NCBI GenBank assembly: GCA_041659685.1 | Contig: JBAZXV010000003.1 | Location: 66,040 to 130,039 of the forward strand | Reading direction: 5' to 3' | Origin: Parcubacteria group bacterium | Lineage (GTDB): Bacteria > Patescibacteriota > Minisyncoccia > Moranbacterales > UBA11712 | DNA: 64,000 nucleotides | Shown: piece after piece, positions 9,880 through 20,467 of the stretch | How the letters are laid out: each line of letters begins with the position of its first letter | How positions within the stretch are numbered: the first letter of the stretch is position 1 | Made by a program: the position numbers and the translations under genes | The notes under the pieces: generated by a model | Seen by the model: the letters and a program-made list of their open reading frames with translations, nothing else | Told to the model about the DNA's origin: nothing | Database searches by the model: none

Positions 9880-10230
9880 CTACGCCGACATCGGGCGCTG
9901 AATCGTGCTTGAGCTTGCGCTCCAGGCTGCAAGTACGGCAACGATTACACCCAATATTATATTGTTCCAGAGGGCGGCCACACCGATATAGCCCAAGAAA
10001 AAGGGTGAAAGAAGTATCCATATGCCGAAAATCATGTTGATCCAACTCACCCACGGCGCCTCTTCAGGCGCGCTGACGCGAATTAAGGCCAGAATCGCAA
10101 TAATTATACCAAAAACAATATCGCTGGTTCTCAGGGCACCGGTAAAGCCAAGCAGAAAAGGGGCTATAATCAGCCAAATTCCAGCTACAATATTTATTCC
10201 GCTGGCAGTTTTTACTGTCGTGTTATCCAT
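9880..10230 (-). CDS. SPW-repeat-like small integral membrane protein
   Basis: Four transmembrane helices with repeated (S/A)PW and SPFFLG motifs. Shine-Dalgarno aGGGGGtga upstream of the ATG at 10230. The ORF-track start at 10263 is less likely. Confidence 0.55.
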   Translation of the reverse strand: MDNTTVKTASGINIVAGIWLIIAPFLLGFTGALRTSDIVFGIIIAILALIRVSAPEEAPWVSWINMIFGIWILLSPFFLGYIGVAALWNNIILGVIVAVLAAWSASSSTIQRPMSA

Positions 10231-10345
10231 TGTTCTCACCCCCTTTCTAATTTTCAAATTCAACTAAAAATTAAAACTGTTCCCATAAAGAATATTACGC
10301 GAATTCGAAAATTTTATTCCGAAAACAAATCGAATAAATGCTTTT

Positions 10346-13300
10346 TTATTTCTGCGGTTTCTTCTTTGTTTTTACTAAAGACACATAAAGCGTCGGAACA
10401 ACAAAAAGAGTGAAAAACGAAGAAATAGACAGTCCGAAAATTATGGCGCTCCCGAGCGAACGCCAGAGTTCGTTGGAAAGGGTGATTGGAATAATGCCGG
10501 CAATTGTGCAAAAGGAGGTGATGAAAATAGCCTCCAATCTTGATTTTCCGGCATCAATGGCCGCTTCTTCAAAAGGAATCCCGAATCGGATATTGAGATT
10601 AATCTTATCAATAAGAATTATCGCGTTTTTCACCACAATCCCGAAAAGAGCCAGAATGCCGATAAGCCCGGGAAAACTCAGGTTAACGCCGAAAATTGCC
10701 ATGCCGATAAAAACTCCAATGAGCGCGAGCGGCAAAGTGACAAGAACTATCATCGCTTCAATGAATGAATCAAACTGAATGACCAGGGTAACAATAATAA
10801 GAGCCGCCGCAATTGCCATGGCGCGAATAATGGAAAGCACCGATTCCGTGTTCTGCTCATTTTCCCCTCCGTAAGTAATCGAATAACCGGCCGGTAATTT
10901 GTATTCCCTTGCGGCGTTATCCTGAAACTCCTTGACGACCTGCGTCGAACTGGTTTTCCCAGAAACTCCCGCCGTGAGAAGCACGGTCCGCTTCTGATTA
11001 ATCCGGGTTATCGTATCAACTGACGGAACAAGCTGGATTTCAGCGACGTCCTTAATATAAACGGGCTGCCGGGAAGTGTTCAAAATTTCCAGATTTTGAA
11101 TCGCATCGAGCGAAGGTATTTTTTTGTTTTCAAATTTAGCCACCACATCAATAGTCTTGTTTCCGGAAATAACGTTTGTCACGGTTGTCCCGGAAATGGC
11201 CGTCCGGAGAGTATTCCCCACAAGAGCGGCATTGAGCCCGTAAAGTTCCATTCGGGCCGGATCGAGATGAAAAGTATATTCAGCCGGAGAATTTTTGAGG
11301 GAAATGTCGCTGTTCACCGTTCCGGGAATGGAATCGAGAATGGGTTTCAAATCCCGCGCAATTTTATCGAGCGTCTGAAGATCATCGCCGGATATTTGAG
11401 CCTGGAATGCCGATCCTGAAGGCGGACCTCCGCTTGGAGCGCTCACGGATATTGTTGCTCCTTGAATATCGGCAAAATCGCTTCTCATCTTTTGGGCCAG
11501 ATCATAGGATGTAATGGACCTTTTCGACGTATCGGTCAGTTTGATTGTGAACGAAGCGGTGTTGGAAGTATTTTGCGAAACCGATATCCCTTCTCCCTGC
11601 GAACCGGGGTTTCCGACTATGGTCGAAAAATTAACAATTTCCGGATACCCCAGCAATCTTTCGTCTATTTTTTCGGCAATCAGATTTGTTTCGGAAAGAT
11701 CAAGGCCCGGCGGCCCTTCAACAGAAATGAAAAGCGTGTCTGAGTTTTGCGGAGGAAAAAATTCAGATTTTACGATGCCAAAAATGGGAAGGGCGACGGC
11801 GGCGAGAAAAAGAACGGTCGTAGCGGCAATTGTCGCAATGCGCCTTTTTCTTGTTCCCATAATTTTCCTCAGATATTTTTCATAAACCGGAAGCACCCGG
11901 TCGAAATGGACGATTCCGTGGATAATTTTTCCCCCCAGCGACGCTTCCTCCCGAATCCCCTGCTTTCGCAATTTTTCTTTTATTAATTCATCACTGTCCC
12001 ATTCCCTTTCCATCAGGAGTTTGTTTTGATTTAAAATATTTTTTCCGCTTCCGAAATACCACGCAAACATCCAGGCGATAATGAAAAAAGCCACTGCTGA
12101 AATTCCATAACCCGGTATATTATGCTGGAGCGCGCCGAATGATCCGGCGGCAAGCAGCAGAAAGACGATAATTATGTAAAACCTTTTCGTAAACCGGATT
12201 CGCTCCAGGATCGCCGCCAGGGGATGATTTATCATAAGAGCGACAAACAGCGAGGCAACCAGGGTTACCGAGACCGTAATGGGAATGGATTTTATAAATT
12301 CGCCGATAATTCCCGTCGAAAGAAGAAGCGGAAGAAAGGCCCAGACGGTGGCAAGAGTCGTCGTGGTGAGAACAATTTTAAAATCATGAAGAACAAGAAG
12401 CACGGCCTCCTCCGGAGTATATTTCCCCGTTTTCATATATTGCTTCGTGGCCGAGACAACGACAATCGCGTCGTCCACCAGAAGGCCAAGCGAAAGAAGA
12501 AGGGAGAATATCGAGAGGAAATTCAGCGACGTTCCGGTCATTTGCATAACACCGAAAGTTATGAAAAAAACGAGGGGGATGGCCAGCCCGGCAACCAGCG
12601 CTTCTTTGAGACCTACGATAAGAAACAGGATTATCATAACAAGCGCAAGTGTCAGAAAAAAGTCATGCTGGAGCTGGGTAAAGTCTTTATTTATCTCGTC
12701 GGCCATATCAAGCGTGGATTGGTATTCGATTCCCGGAGGAAAAGTTTTCAGAAGGGTTTCTATGGTCTGATTGGCCTGGTTGACCGTATCCAGAATATTT
12801 CCTCCCGCCCTTTTGACCACCTGAATTGTTACCGCGCTTTGCGGCTGTCCGCCCTCGATTGAAAACCGGGAAAGAACCGTTTTTTCAATCGCGGTTTCCT
12901 GAACGCTGGCAATATCCTTAAGATATACAATCGCCCCGGAATCCGCATGGAGAACCGGAACGTTTCCGAGAGCCACTGCGTCAAAAAAACGCGCGTCAGC
13001 CCGAACAGGATAGTCAAATTCTTTCCCTTTAAAATTGCCGGCCGGAATAGCATGATTCGTCGCGGCAACAGCCTGATTGGCCTGATCAACCGAAATACCG
13101 TAAAAAGTAAGTTTTTGCGGATCATATGCAATATCGAACTCATTCTGATCTCCCCCGTCGACGTCTACCTGGCGTATGCCGGGGATTTTTTCGAGTTCGT
13201 CTTGGATTGTTTCCGCGTAACCGCGCATTTCAAACCCGTTATAGGGGCCGACGAGCGCGAATGTGACAATGGGAGTGTCATCAAAAGATATTTCAATTAC

Positions 13301-13882
13301 CTGGGGATCCTGGGCGTCGTCGGGAATATCGCGCCGGATGTTCGGCAATTGGTCCCGAAGGCTTCTGATGGCATCTGTCAGATTCTGATTGGAATCAAAT
13401 TCAACCGTGACGGAAGAAAAAGAGTTGGTTGAGTTCGAAGTGATTTTATCGACACCGGCCACTCCGGAAATATCCGTTTCGATTTTTTTTGTGACCAGCT
13501 CCTCAACATCCGAAGGAGACGCACCCGGATAAGCATCGGTGATAACAGCAATAGGAATTTTTACTTCCGGGTTCGATTCTCGCGGAAGGCGAAAAAAGGA
13601 GTACAGCCCCCATGCCGAAATCACGACGACAAGCAAAGCGACTACCCGAAAACGAGTAACAAAAAAATTGAGCCACGTCTTGCGAAGCTCCGGGCGAAAT
13701 TCAAGTTTTTCAAGATAGGCCGAATCAGTTGAAGTAAAATTTTTTCCTTTCTCGGAATCCTGCGGCCCCGAAGCGGCAACATCTCCAGATTTATTGGCAT
13801 TGCCCTGATGATTCGCATCGCCAGTGGAACTTTTACGGTTCGGGTCGAAATCCGGCTTTTCTTTTTCCTGAAAATTATTCAT
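10346..13882 (-). CDS. Efflux RND transporter permease (AcrB/HAE1-like)
   Basis: 1178 aa. 12 transmembrane helices with two large periplasmic loops. Transmembrane segments are AcrB-like. Confidence 0.85.
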   Translation of the reverse strand: MNNFQEKEKPDFDPNRKSSTGDANHQGNANKSGDVAASGPQDSEKGKNFTSTDSAYLEKLEFRPELRKTWLNFFVTRFRVVALLVVVISAWGLYSFFRLPRESNPEVKIPIAVITDAYPGASPSDVEELVTKKIETDISGVAGVDKITSNSTNSFSSVTVEFDSNQNLTDAIRSLRDQLPNIRRDIPDDAQDPQVIEISFDDTPIVTFALVGPYNGFEMRGYAETIQDELEKIPGIRQVDVDGGDQNEFDIAYDPQKLTFYGISVDQANQAVAATNHAIPAGNFKGKEFDYPVRADARFFDAVALGNVPVLHADSGAIVYLKDIASVQETAIEKTVLSRFSIEGGQPQSAVTIQVVKRAGGNILDTVNQANQTIETLLKTFPPGIEYQSTLDMADEINKDFTQLQHDFFLTLALVMIILFLIVGLKEALVAGLAIPLVFFITFGVMQMTGTSLNFLSIFSLLLSLGLLVDDAIVVVSATKQYMKTGKYTPEEAVLLVLHDFKIVLTTTTLATVWAFLPLLLSTGIIGEFIKSIPITVSVTLVASLFVALMINHPLAAILERIRFTKRFYIIIVFLLLAAGSFGALQHNIPGYGISAVAFFIIAWMFAWYFGSGKNILNQNKLLMEREWDSDELIKEKLRKQGIREEASLGGKIIHGIVHFDRVLPVYEKYLRKIMGTRKRRIATIAATTVLFLAAVALPIFGIVKSEFFPPQNSDTLFISVEGPPGLDLSETNLIAEKIDERLLGYPEIVNFSTIVGNPGSQGEGISVSQNTSNTASFTIKLTDTSKRSITSYDLAQKMRSDFADIQGATISVSAPSGGPPSGSAFQAQISGDDLQTLDKIARDLKPILDSIPGTVNSDISLKNSPAEYTFHLDPARMELYGLNAALVGNTLRTAISGTTVTNVISGNKTIDVVAKFENKKIPSLDAIQNLEILNTSRQPVYIKDVAEIQLVPSVDTITRINQKRTVLLTAGVSGKTSSTQVVKEFQDNAAREYKLPAGYSITYGGENEQNTESVLSIIRAMAIAAALIIVTLVIQFDSFIEAMIVLVTLPLALIGVFIGMAIFGVNLSFPGLIGILALFGIVVKNAIILIDKINLNIRFGIPFEEAAIDAGKSRLEAIFITSFCTIAGIIPITLSNELWRSLGSAIIFGLSISSFFTLFVVPTLYVSLVKTKKKPQK

Positions 13883-13888
13883 GAGAAA

Positions 13889-15049
13889 TTACTGCGTGAT
13901 GCTTATTTCCTGTCCGTCTTGCACAAGCTTGCTCCCTTGGATTATTACCTCCGAATCAGGCGGGAGGTCGGCTTTTATATCGGCTGTTTCCCCTGTCACA
14001 TTGAGAATGTCGACATTAATTTTTTTTGCTTTTCCGTTTTCAGCGATAAAAATATAGTTTTCATTTTGCCCGACATTGATCGCAGAGAGAGGGAGAATGA
14101 GCGCTCCGGATTCGCCGGGGGTTTTTTCGACTGAAAAAGAAACACTGACAACGGTCCCGGAAAGAAGATCCGAATTACCCGGCTGCTTCGGATAGGCTTC
14201 GATTAAAAATCTTTTTGTCGCGCTGTCAGCCTGCGGAGAAATATTCCGCACAATAAAAGGAATTTCGCTTCCTTTATTGTCAGTCAAAGCAATCTCGAGA
14301 CCCCTTGAAACAGAAGACAGCTGGTTTTCATCGACATAAAATTGGACTTTCACATTCGCCGTTTTACTGACTTTGAAAAGAGACTGGCCGACAGAAATCG
14401 AATCTCCCGTTTCGACCATTTTTTGAGTGACATATCCGCTGATCGGACTTGTGATGAGATGGTCGTCAAGCGAGCCTTTATATCCCACCTTGGCGTTTTT
14501 GAGCTGGATTTCAGCCAGATCAACGGCCTCTTTGGCGGCATCTTTTTGCGTCTTCGTCACAGTCTTTTCAAGTGTCGGATTTTTTTTCTCGTAATCATAT
14601 TGGTCTTTGAGGTTATTATAGGTTTTTTTATCGAGTTCGAGTTGCTCCTTGGCCTGTTCGACGGATAATTGGGACTGCTGAACATCGGCGCTTTTAAATC
14701 CGCTTTCTCCGACTTTTTGCTTGTTTCCCGAATCGTCTATTCTTACAAGAAGCGAGCCGGCTCCGACGCGGCTTCCCAAGGAATAATTGACGACTGCGGC
14801 CGTTCCGGAAGATTTTGATGTTATCTCAATTTCCTGGTCGCCCGCTATTATAGCGGGATATTGGATGGTTTCAGCAAAAGACTGGCTATTCGCAACTGAC
14901 TGAACGGAAACATCCTGCGGAAACCTTGGCGGCTCTCCGGTGACGGGAGCCTGTTTTCTCGAAGAGCGAGCGAGAAAAATAAAAAGGGCCGCCACAGCGA
15001 CAATCAGGAAAAAAAGTATAATTCTCTGTTTAGATAAGCGTTTTTTCAT
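13889..15049 (-). CDS. Efflux RND periplasmic adaptor (membrane-fusion protein)
   Basis: N-terminal transmembrane anchor, coiled-coil segment and beta-rich C-terminus. Lies 7 nt upstream of the RND permease on the same strand. Confidence 0.65.
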   Translation of the reverse strand: MKKRLSKQRIILFFLIVAVAALFIFLARSSRKQAPVTGEPPRFPQDVSVQSVANSQSFAETIQYPAIIAGDQEIEITSKSSGTAAVVNYSLGSRVGAGSLLVRIDDSGNKQKVGESGFKSADVQQSQLSVEQAKEQLELDKKTYNNLKDQYDYEKKNPTLEKTVTKTQKDAAKEAVDLAEIQLKNAKVGYKGSLDDHLITSPISGYVTQKMVETGDSISVGQSLFKVSKTANVKVQFYVDENQLSSVSRGLEIALTDNKGSEIPFIVRNISPQADSATKRFLIEAYPKQPGNSDLLSGTVVSVSFSVEKTPGESGALILPLSAINVGQNENYIFIAENGKAKKINVDILNVTGETADIKADLPPDSEVIIQGSKLVQDGQEISITQ

Positions 15050-15095
15050 ATTTTAGCCATGAACGGATAATGCGTTAATCGTCTAACAAAAAAAT

Positions 15096-15109
15096 GTGAT
15101 TTAAATCAC
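15096..15109. promoter_or_regulatory. Perfect 14-bp palindrome GTGATTTAAATCAC in the divergent promoter region between the efflux operon and the GGDEF gene
   Basis: Read directly from the sequence. It lies ~47 nt upstream of the adaptor gene start. Confidence 0.35.
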
Positions 15110-15378
15110 GTTTCCAGTTTCTAAATTTATATTATTCTGCGCGGCGTGTCAAGCAGATCCGACTTTAAGCGGCAACATTAATAATGAATTTAAATTAAAT
15201 CAGGATCTATGCCATCGGGATTATCTTCTATAAGTCTTTTTTATCCCAAGATTTTTATGAAAGATTTTTTACGAAATACTTTACAAAAAGGCTTTTGTGT
15301 GCTTTAATTTGTCACAAGAAAGAATAAAAACTCCAGGCTTGGAGTGTTCTTTTTTATAAAATCAAGGGGGGTGAAAAG

Positions 15379-16281
15379 GTGTCCCAAATCGCAATTCGCT
15401 GGCTAAACCTGATCCGAGCGTTCTTTTTTCGGATAAAGTACAAAGCGTTCGATTATTTCGGCGATGCGGTTTTTGTCGCCGATTCCCGCGGAGCTATTCT
15501 TTACTGCAACCCCGTTATGGCAATTGCAATTAACATGCCGGCGGAAAAAATTATTGGCCTGCAATACGGGGAAATTGCCCATGAAACCGATTATCCTGCC
15601 GAAGATTGTCTGCACGCAAAAATGCAGACTTCTCTCCAAAGAGAGAAAACGACAGCGTCCATGAACGGACGCTGGTTCGAAATAATTTGCGATCCGGTTG
15701 TGAAACGGCACAGGTTGGCGGCGGTGATTCACACCGTCGTTGACATAACCTGGTATGTCGACCAAAAGGAAACGTTGAGGCAACTTGCCATAAACGATCC
15801 CCTCACCGGACTTTTTAACCGGCGTTACATGGAAGATTCCCTGAAAAAGGTTATCCAGCGATCCGAAATGGGCCGCACTCCCGTAGGATTCGTAATGCTG
15901 GATCTCGACCATTTCAAGAGATTTAACGATGATTTTGGCCACGATGCCGGCGATGTCTTGCTGGCAAGACTAGGCAAACTTCTAATGGACAGCGTCCGTC
16001 CGGGAGACATTGCCTGTCGCTATGGAGGCGAGGAGTTCCTTCTTATTTTGCCCGGCGCATCCAAAGAAGCTGCTTGGAGGCGGGCGGAAAAAATTTTAGA
16101 GGCAGTCAAAAAAATCGATCTAAACCATCGAGGAAACCGCCTTGGCGAAGTTACCATATCCGCCGGGGTGGCAATTTTCCCGGAACACGGAAAAACCGCC
16201 AGTGATGTAATCCATGCCGCTGACCAGGCCCTTTACCGAGCCAAGCGCGAAGGCCGCAATCGGGTAGCCGCCGCGGAATAA
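15379..16281 (+). CDS. PAS-domain diguanylate cyclase (GGDEF)
   Basis: RYGGEEF active site with an upstream RxxD-like I-site region and an N-terminal PAS-like segment. GTG start with Shine-Dalgarno aaGGGGGtg. Confidence 0.85.
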   Translation: MSQIAIRWLNLIRAFFFRIKYKAFDYFGDAVFVADSRGAILYCNPVMAIAINMPAEKIIGLQYGEIAHETDYPAEDCLHAKMQTSLQREKTTASMNGRWFEIICDPVVKRHRLAAVIHTVVDITWYVDQKETLRQLAINDPLTGLFNRRYMEDSLKKVIQRSEMGRTPVGFVMLDLDHFKRFNDDFGHDAGDVLLARLGKLLMDSVRPGDIACRYGGEEFLLILPGASKEAAWRRAEKILEAVKKIDLNHRGNRLGEVTISAGVAIFPEHGKTASDVIHAADQALYRAKREGRNRVAAAE

Positions 16282-16407
16282 GTATCGCAACACGATAATC
16301 CCAAGGGGACATTCTGATGAGTGTCCCCTTGTTCTTTTCTATGTGATATAATTTAAGCAGTCGATTCGTATTATTTATTAATAAATGTTTAATTTCTAGA
16401 ATAAGCC

Positions 16408-17388
16408 ATGCCAAAAGTATATTTCTCAAAAAAAATTGAGAAAATAATCGAGAATATAGATTTTTCCCGCCTCGGAAATAACGTGGCCATCAAAGTCCAC
16501 TTCGGAGAAAAAGGATGCGTAACCTACCTCAGACCCGAGTTGGTTCGCGGAGTTTACGAAAAAATAACGAGCCTCGGGAAAAAGGCGTCCCTTATTGAAT
16601 GCAATGTTCTTTATAAGGGAAGCCGGACCAGCAGAGCGGAACACTTGAAAACCGCAAGAGACCACGGATTCGACATGCCGATTGATATTCTGGACGGAGA
16701 AGACGGAAGCGAATTTTCGGAAATTCAGGGTTGTAAAATCGGCAAGGGTATAGAAAAATACGATTCCCTGGTGGTTTTCAGCCACTTTAAGGGCCATCAG
16801 GCCGCCGGCTTTGGCGGAGCTCTCAAAAACATCGGGATGGGCCTTGGCAGCCGCGCCGGAAAACTCGACATGCATTCCAATGTGAATCCGTCCGTAGATC
16901 CCAATACCTGCGTCGGATGCGGAGTCTGCGTCGAAAATTGCAACGCTCAGGCAATCTCGCTCTCAAGCGGAAAAGCAAAGATCGACCAGGGAAAATGCGA
17001 GGGATGCGCCATGTGCATCGCCGTATGCGCAAATGGAGCGGTTCAAGTTCCCTGGCGGGGGAGAACCGCGGCGGATCTTCAGAAAAGGATTGCTGAATAT
17101 TCCTCGGCTGTCCTAAGCTTATTCCCGAACGCGATCTTCATCAGCGCTCTCGCGAATATCACAAAAGAGTGCGACTGCATGGGAATATCCCAAAAACCGA
17201 TAATGGAAGACATTGGATTTCTTTATTCAGATGATATCGTTGCCGTCGACAAGGCGGGTCTCGATCTTGCGGAAAAATATTCAGGCGGAAAATTTTCAAA
17301 AATTAACCCTGTCGATAAGGAAAAACAAGTTGAATTCGCCGAAAACCTGGGCCTCGGAAACAGCAAATATGAGCTTGTTGAGATTTAG
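16408..17388 (+). CDS. DUF362 domain protein with an inserted 2x[4Fe-4S] ferredoxin domain
   Basis: CVGCGVCVENC and CEGCAMCIAVC clusters within a ~330-aa DUF362-type scaffold. Confidence 0.55.
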   Translation: MPKVYFSKKIEKIIENIDFSRLGNNVAIKVHFGEKGCVTYLRPELVRGVYEKITSLGKKASLIECNVLYKGSRTSRAEHLKTARDHGFDMPIDILDGEDGSEFSEIQGCKIGKGIEKYDSLVVFSHFKGHQAAGFGGALKNIGMGLGSRAGKLDMHSNVNPSVDPNTCVGCGVCVENCNAQAISLSSGKAKIDQGKCEGCAMCIAVCANGAVQVPWRGRTAADLQKRIAEYSSAVLSLFPNAIFISALANITKECDCMGISQKPIMEDIGFLYSDDIVAVDKAGLDLAEKYSGGKFSKINPVDKEKQVEFAENLGLGNSKYELVEI

Positions 17389-17502
17389 AGCGAATGAAAT
17401 TTCTCCGGAAAGAAAATATGTGCTATAGTTTTAGCGACAATACATCTAAATCATTGGGGAATTAAAATTTTCTCCAAAAATTTTGATTTCTAGCATCTTT
17501 TA

Positions 17503-17532
17503 TAAATCCTCCCCGAGGGATTTATTATTTTT
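17503..17532 (+). terminator. Rho-independent terminator after the DUF362 gene
   Basis: taaatcc...ggattta stem followed by TTATTTTTTG. Confidence 0.5.
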
Positions 17533-17628
17533 TGCGCCCGGATCGTATTATGATCTAGAAACTTTCGTCTCGCGGCAACCTCCCGGAAAAACATTGACGA
17601 AAATTATCGGTCTGCCGCAAAGATCGTT

Positions 17629-17901
17629 TTGCAGTTTGGAGCAGTAATCAGTAATAACTTTAAAATGTCCGCTTTATTAATTTTCGCCATAGTCTTAATC
17701 GCAATTTTTTTAATCGTGACAATTGCCATGCTCAGCCTGTGGCAATTTTACAAAGAGGAAAACATGATTGGCGGCCTTGCGTTAATGTGGCTTATTATCG
17801 CAATTTTTCTTTTAGTGGTTTTTTTTGCAAAAAACAATCAGAACCCGGCCGGCCCGCCGGCAACATCCCCCGGCGAAAGCGAAACGCAAAAAAATCCGTG
17901 A
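17629..17901 (+). CDS. Small two-transmembrane membrane protein (hypothetical)
   Basis: Two hydrophobic helices then a Pro/Ala tail. The start may be Met at 17665. Confidence 0.35.
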   Translation: MQFGAVISNNFKMSALLIFAIVLIAIFLIVTIAMLSLWQFYKEENMIGGLALMWLIIAIFLLVVFFAKNNQNPAGPPATSPGESETQKNP

Positions 17902-18063
17902 AAGCCAAAAAGGCATTCCGCAACAGATTGTTTCCCGGCCGGCCCCTTTAGGGTCGGCTGTTTAAATTCCCGGCCGTATTTATACTCCGTTTTTTATTGT
18001 GCTAAAATGAAACAGTGGCGCTTTTTCGAAAAAACCCGCCAGCTATAATCTTCTCCGCCAAAA

Positions 18064-19629
18064 ATGAAAAAACCGGATAAATTTACAATTGCTTTCCTGC
18101 TGCTTCTCAGCGTTTTTCTTATCTTCAATTTATCCGTAATGGACAATTACGGGATGACATGGGACGAAGCGGCTCAGCAGCACATTGGAAAAGCGGCATC
18201 TGATTATGTGCGCGGAAACTCCGGCAAGATGGAATTTCTACGGGAGGATCTTGTTTATTACGGACCCTTTTTTGAGATAATGAACCAGGATTTCGGGACA
18301 TCAATGCTTGAATCGTTCCGGATGAATTATGTGAGCGCTTTTCATGTCCTCATTATAATTGCGGCCGCGGCGGGTCTCTTTTTTTTCTTCCGGCTGGTAT
18401 CGATGATGTTCGACGGGCAAACGGCCCTGCTGTCTTCCGCTTTCCTTGCGCTCTGGCCGATTTTTGCCGCCCATTCGCAGTATAATACCAAGGATATTCC
18501 CCTTTTTGCCGGATTCACCGCCGCGCTGTATTTTCTGTACGCCGGTTTCCGAAAAAGAATATTTTGGAAATTATTTGTCGCAGGCGCCATTTTTGGACTC
18601 GCTCTTTCAGTCCGCATCGATGCTCTTCTCCTTATTCCCGTTTTCTTTCTGCCTTACGCGGGATACCTCTTTTTCGGCCTCAGAAAAGAATCTGAAAAAG
18701 AATTCCCAAAGCGGTTTGGGACGGATTTTTTGTATGCTTTTGTTTTTATCGCAACCGGCGCCCTTTTTGCATATTTTTCCTGGCCGACTCTCTGGAAAAA
18801 TCCTTTTTTCTTTTTCCAGGCGCTCGGATATTTCCTCCATCACGGCTGGCCTGGACAAGTTCTTTATTTCGGAAAAATTTATACAGGATCCAACCTGCCT
18901 TGGCATTATGTCCCCTTTTATTTTCTGATCTCCATTTCCGTTTTGATCTTGATTTTGGCGGCATTCGGAACAATCATCGCGATAAGAAAGATGCGGGGAA
19001 GGGAAAAAATGCTTGAATATTCCCTTATTCTTGCCTGGCTTTTCCTTCGTCTCGCCGCAGGAATTTTTCCCGGCTCGGTGAAATACGACGGCATCCGGCA
19101 TTTCATAGTCATAGCGCCGGCGATAATGGTTCTGGCCGCGCTCGGGTTTGGAAAGTTTTTGGAAATAGTGCCGGAATATTTCCCGAAATCGGACAGTTTA
19201 AAAATAAAAGCCTGGCTAATCGCCGCTTTATTTTTATGGCTCGTTATTGATTTTTTTTGGATATTTCCCTTTGGAGGATCATATATCAACGAGCCGGCCA
19301 GAACTTTCATCCCAAAACCGATCGAAAAAAGATTTGATTTCGAATATTGGGGAGCGAGCTACCGCCAAGGTGTTGACTGGCTGAATAAGAATGCGCAATT
19401 AAATACTGGTTTTTGCGTTCCAATCGCCGGTCATCTTCTTCAATTTTATCCGATTCGCCCCGATCTCAAATTTGACTGCTCCGAAAACACTGATTATCTT
19501 ATATTTATAACCCGCTGGGCCTATCTCCCCTCCAATCTCGAAGAAAATTTCCATTTTTCGAACAAATCGCCCGCTTTCACTGTTTCCCGGTACGGCTCGG
19601 ATCTGCTTGAAATATATAAACTCAAATAA
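18064..19629 (+). CDS. Glycosyltransferase family 39/83-like (PMT/ArnT-type) integral membrane protein
   Basis: About 11 transmembrane helices. The first loop carries a WDE motif (the DE motif of GT-C mannosyltransferases). Confidence 0.6.
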   Translation: MKKPDKFTIAFLLLLSVFLIFNLSVMDNYGMTWDEAAQQHIGKAASDYVRGNSGKMEFLREDLVYYGPFFEIMNQDFGTSMLESFRMNYVSAFHVLIIIAAAAGLFFFFRLVSMMFDGQTALLSSAFLALWPIFAAHSQYNTKDIPLFAGFTAALYFLYAGFRKRIFWKLFVAGAIFGLALSVRIDALLLIPVFFLPYAGYLFFGLRKESEKEFPKRFGTDFLYAFVFIATGALFAYFSWPTLWKNPFFFFQALGYFLHHGWPGQVLYFGKIYTGSNLPWHYVPFYFLISISVLILILAAFGTIIAIRKMRGREKMLEYSLILAWLFLRLAAGIFPGSVKYDGIRHFIVIAPAIMVLAALGFGKFLEIVPEYFPKSDSLKIKAWLIAALFLWLVIDFFWIFPFGGSYINEPARTFIPKPIEKRFDFEYWGASYRQGVDWLNKNAQLNTGFCVPIAGHLLQFYPIRPDLKFDCSENTDYLIFITRWAYLPSNLEENFHFSNKSPAFTVSRYGSDLLEIYKLK

Positions 19630-19640
19630 CCATTAAATTT

Positions 19641-20444
19641 ATGAAACTAAAAATGAAAAAGGCGGGAAAAATATTTTTTGGAGGGACTGCAATTTTAGGC
19701 GCACTTTTTTTATCAGGTTGTTTTTATTCCAATCAGCAGCAAAATAGCGTCCTCAGAGGCACCGAGAGTTATGATATTAAAAAGTATGACGAGCGCCAGA
19801 CAGCCGACCCGGATTTAGGGGAAAAGCTGACAGTCAATCCCCCGTCTCCTGCTCCATCCTCAGATACTCCGCCTGCTTCCGCTCAAAGCCAGCAGCAGGA
19901 AATGCCGCCTCAGCCTGAAAAAACGGAAGAAAAAACCAAAGAGGCCCCCGCCATGCAAATTGATGAAACAAAGACATATTCCGCCGTTCTCAAGACGGGC
20001 GAAGGAGAAATTACAATCGATCTCGACGCCAAAAAAACTCCCAAGACAGTTAACAATTTTATTTCGCTCGCGCGGGATGGATTTTATGGCGGCACGACGT
20101 TTCACCGCGTCATCAAAAACTTTATGATCCAGGGCGGAGACCCGAACGGTGACGGATCCGGCGGGCCGGGATACAAGTTCGACGACGAAAATCTCGAAGG
20201 TGAATACAAACGCGGCACAGTCGCCATGGCCAACTCGGGCCCCAATACAAACGGCAGCCAATTCTTCATCATCCACAAGGACTACGATCTCCCAAAGCAG
20301 TATGTCGTTTTCGGACATGTTTCAAAGGGGATGGACGTTGTCGACAAAATCGCCGAAGCGGAGGTGACTGTGAACAAGTCGATGGAAAAATCGAAACCCG
20401 TGAATCCCGTGAAAATCGACTCGGTGGAGATAAAGGAAAAGTAA
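19641..20444 (+). CDS. ppiB: Cyclophilin-type peptidyl-prolyl cis-trans isomerase (lipoprotein)
   Basis: FHRVIKNFMIQGGDP...MANSGPNTNGSQFFI. Lipobox LSGCF. Pro/Gln-rich linker. Confidence 0.85.
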   Translation: MKLKMKKAGKIFFGGTAILGALFLSGCFYSNQQQNSVLRGTESYDIKKYDERQTADPDLGEKLTVNPPSPAPSSDTPPASAQSQQQEMPPQPEKTEEKTKEAPAMQIDETKTYSAVLKTGEGEITIDLDAKKTPKTVNNFISLARDGFYGGTTFHRVIKNFMIQGGDPNGDGSGGPGYKFDDENLEGEYKRGTVAMANSGPNTNGSQFFIIHKDYDLPKQYVVFGHVSKGMDVVDKIAEAEVTVNKSMEKSKPVNPVKIDSVEIKEK

Positions 20445-20467
20445 AAGCTTTCTAATATTTTGAGTGG

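Noticed and set aside
9653-10054. 133-aa minus-strand ORF.
   Set aside because: Overlaps the SPW membrane-protein gene in another frame and spans a strong terminator hairpin.
12224-12862. 212-aa plus-strand ORF inside the RND gene. Other plus ORFs lie at 11096-13432.
   Set aside because: Antisense to a 1178-aa transporter with clear motifs. Lys/Arg-rich low-complexity translation is typical of an antisense frame.
15403-15942. 179-aa minus-strand ORF.
   Set aside because: Completely antisense to the well-supported GGDEF gene, with no motifs.
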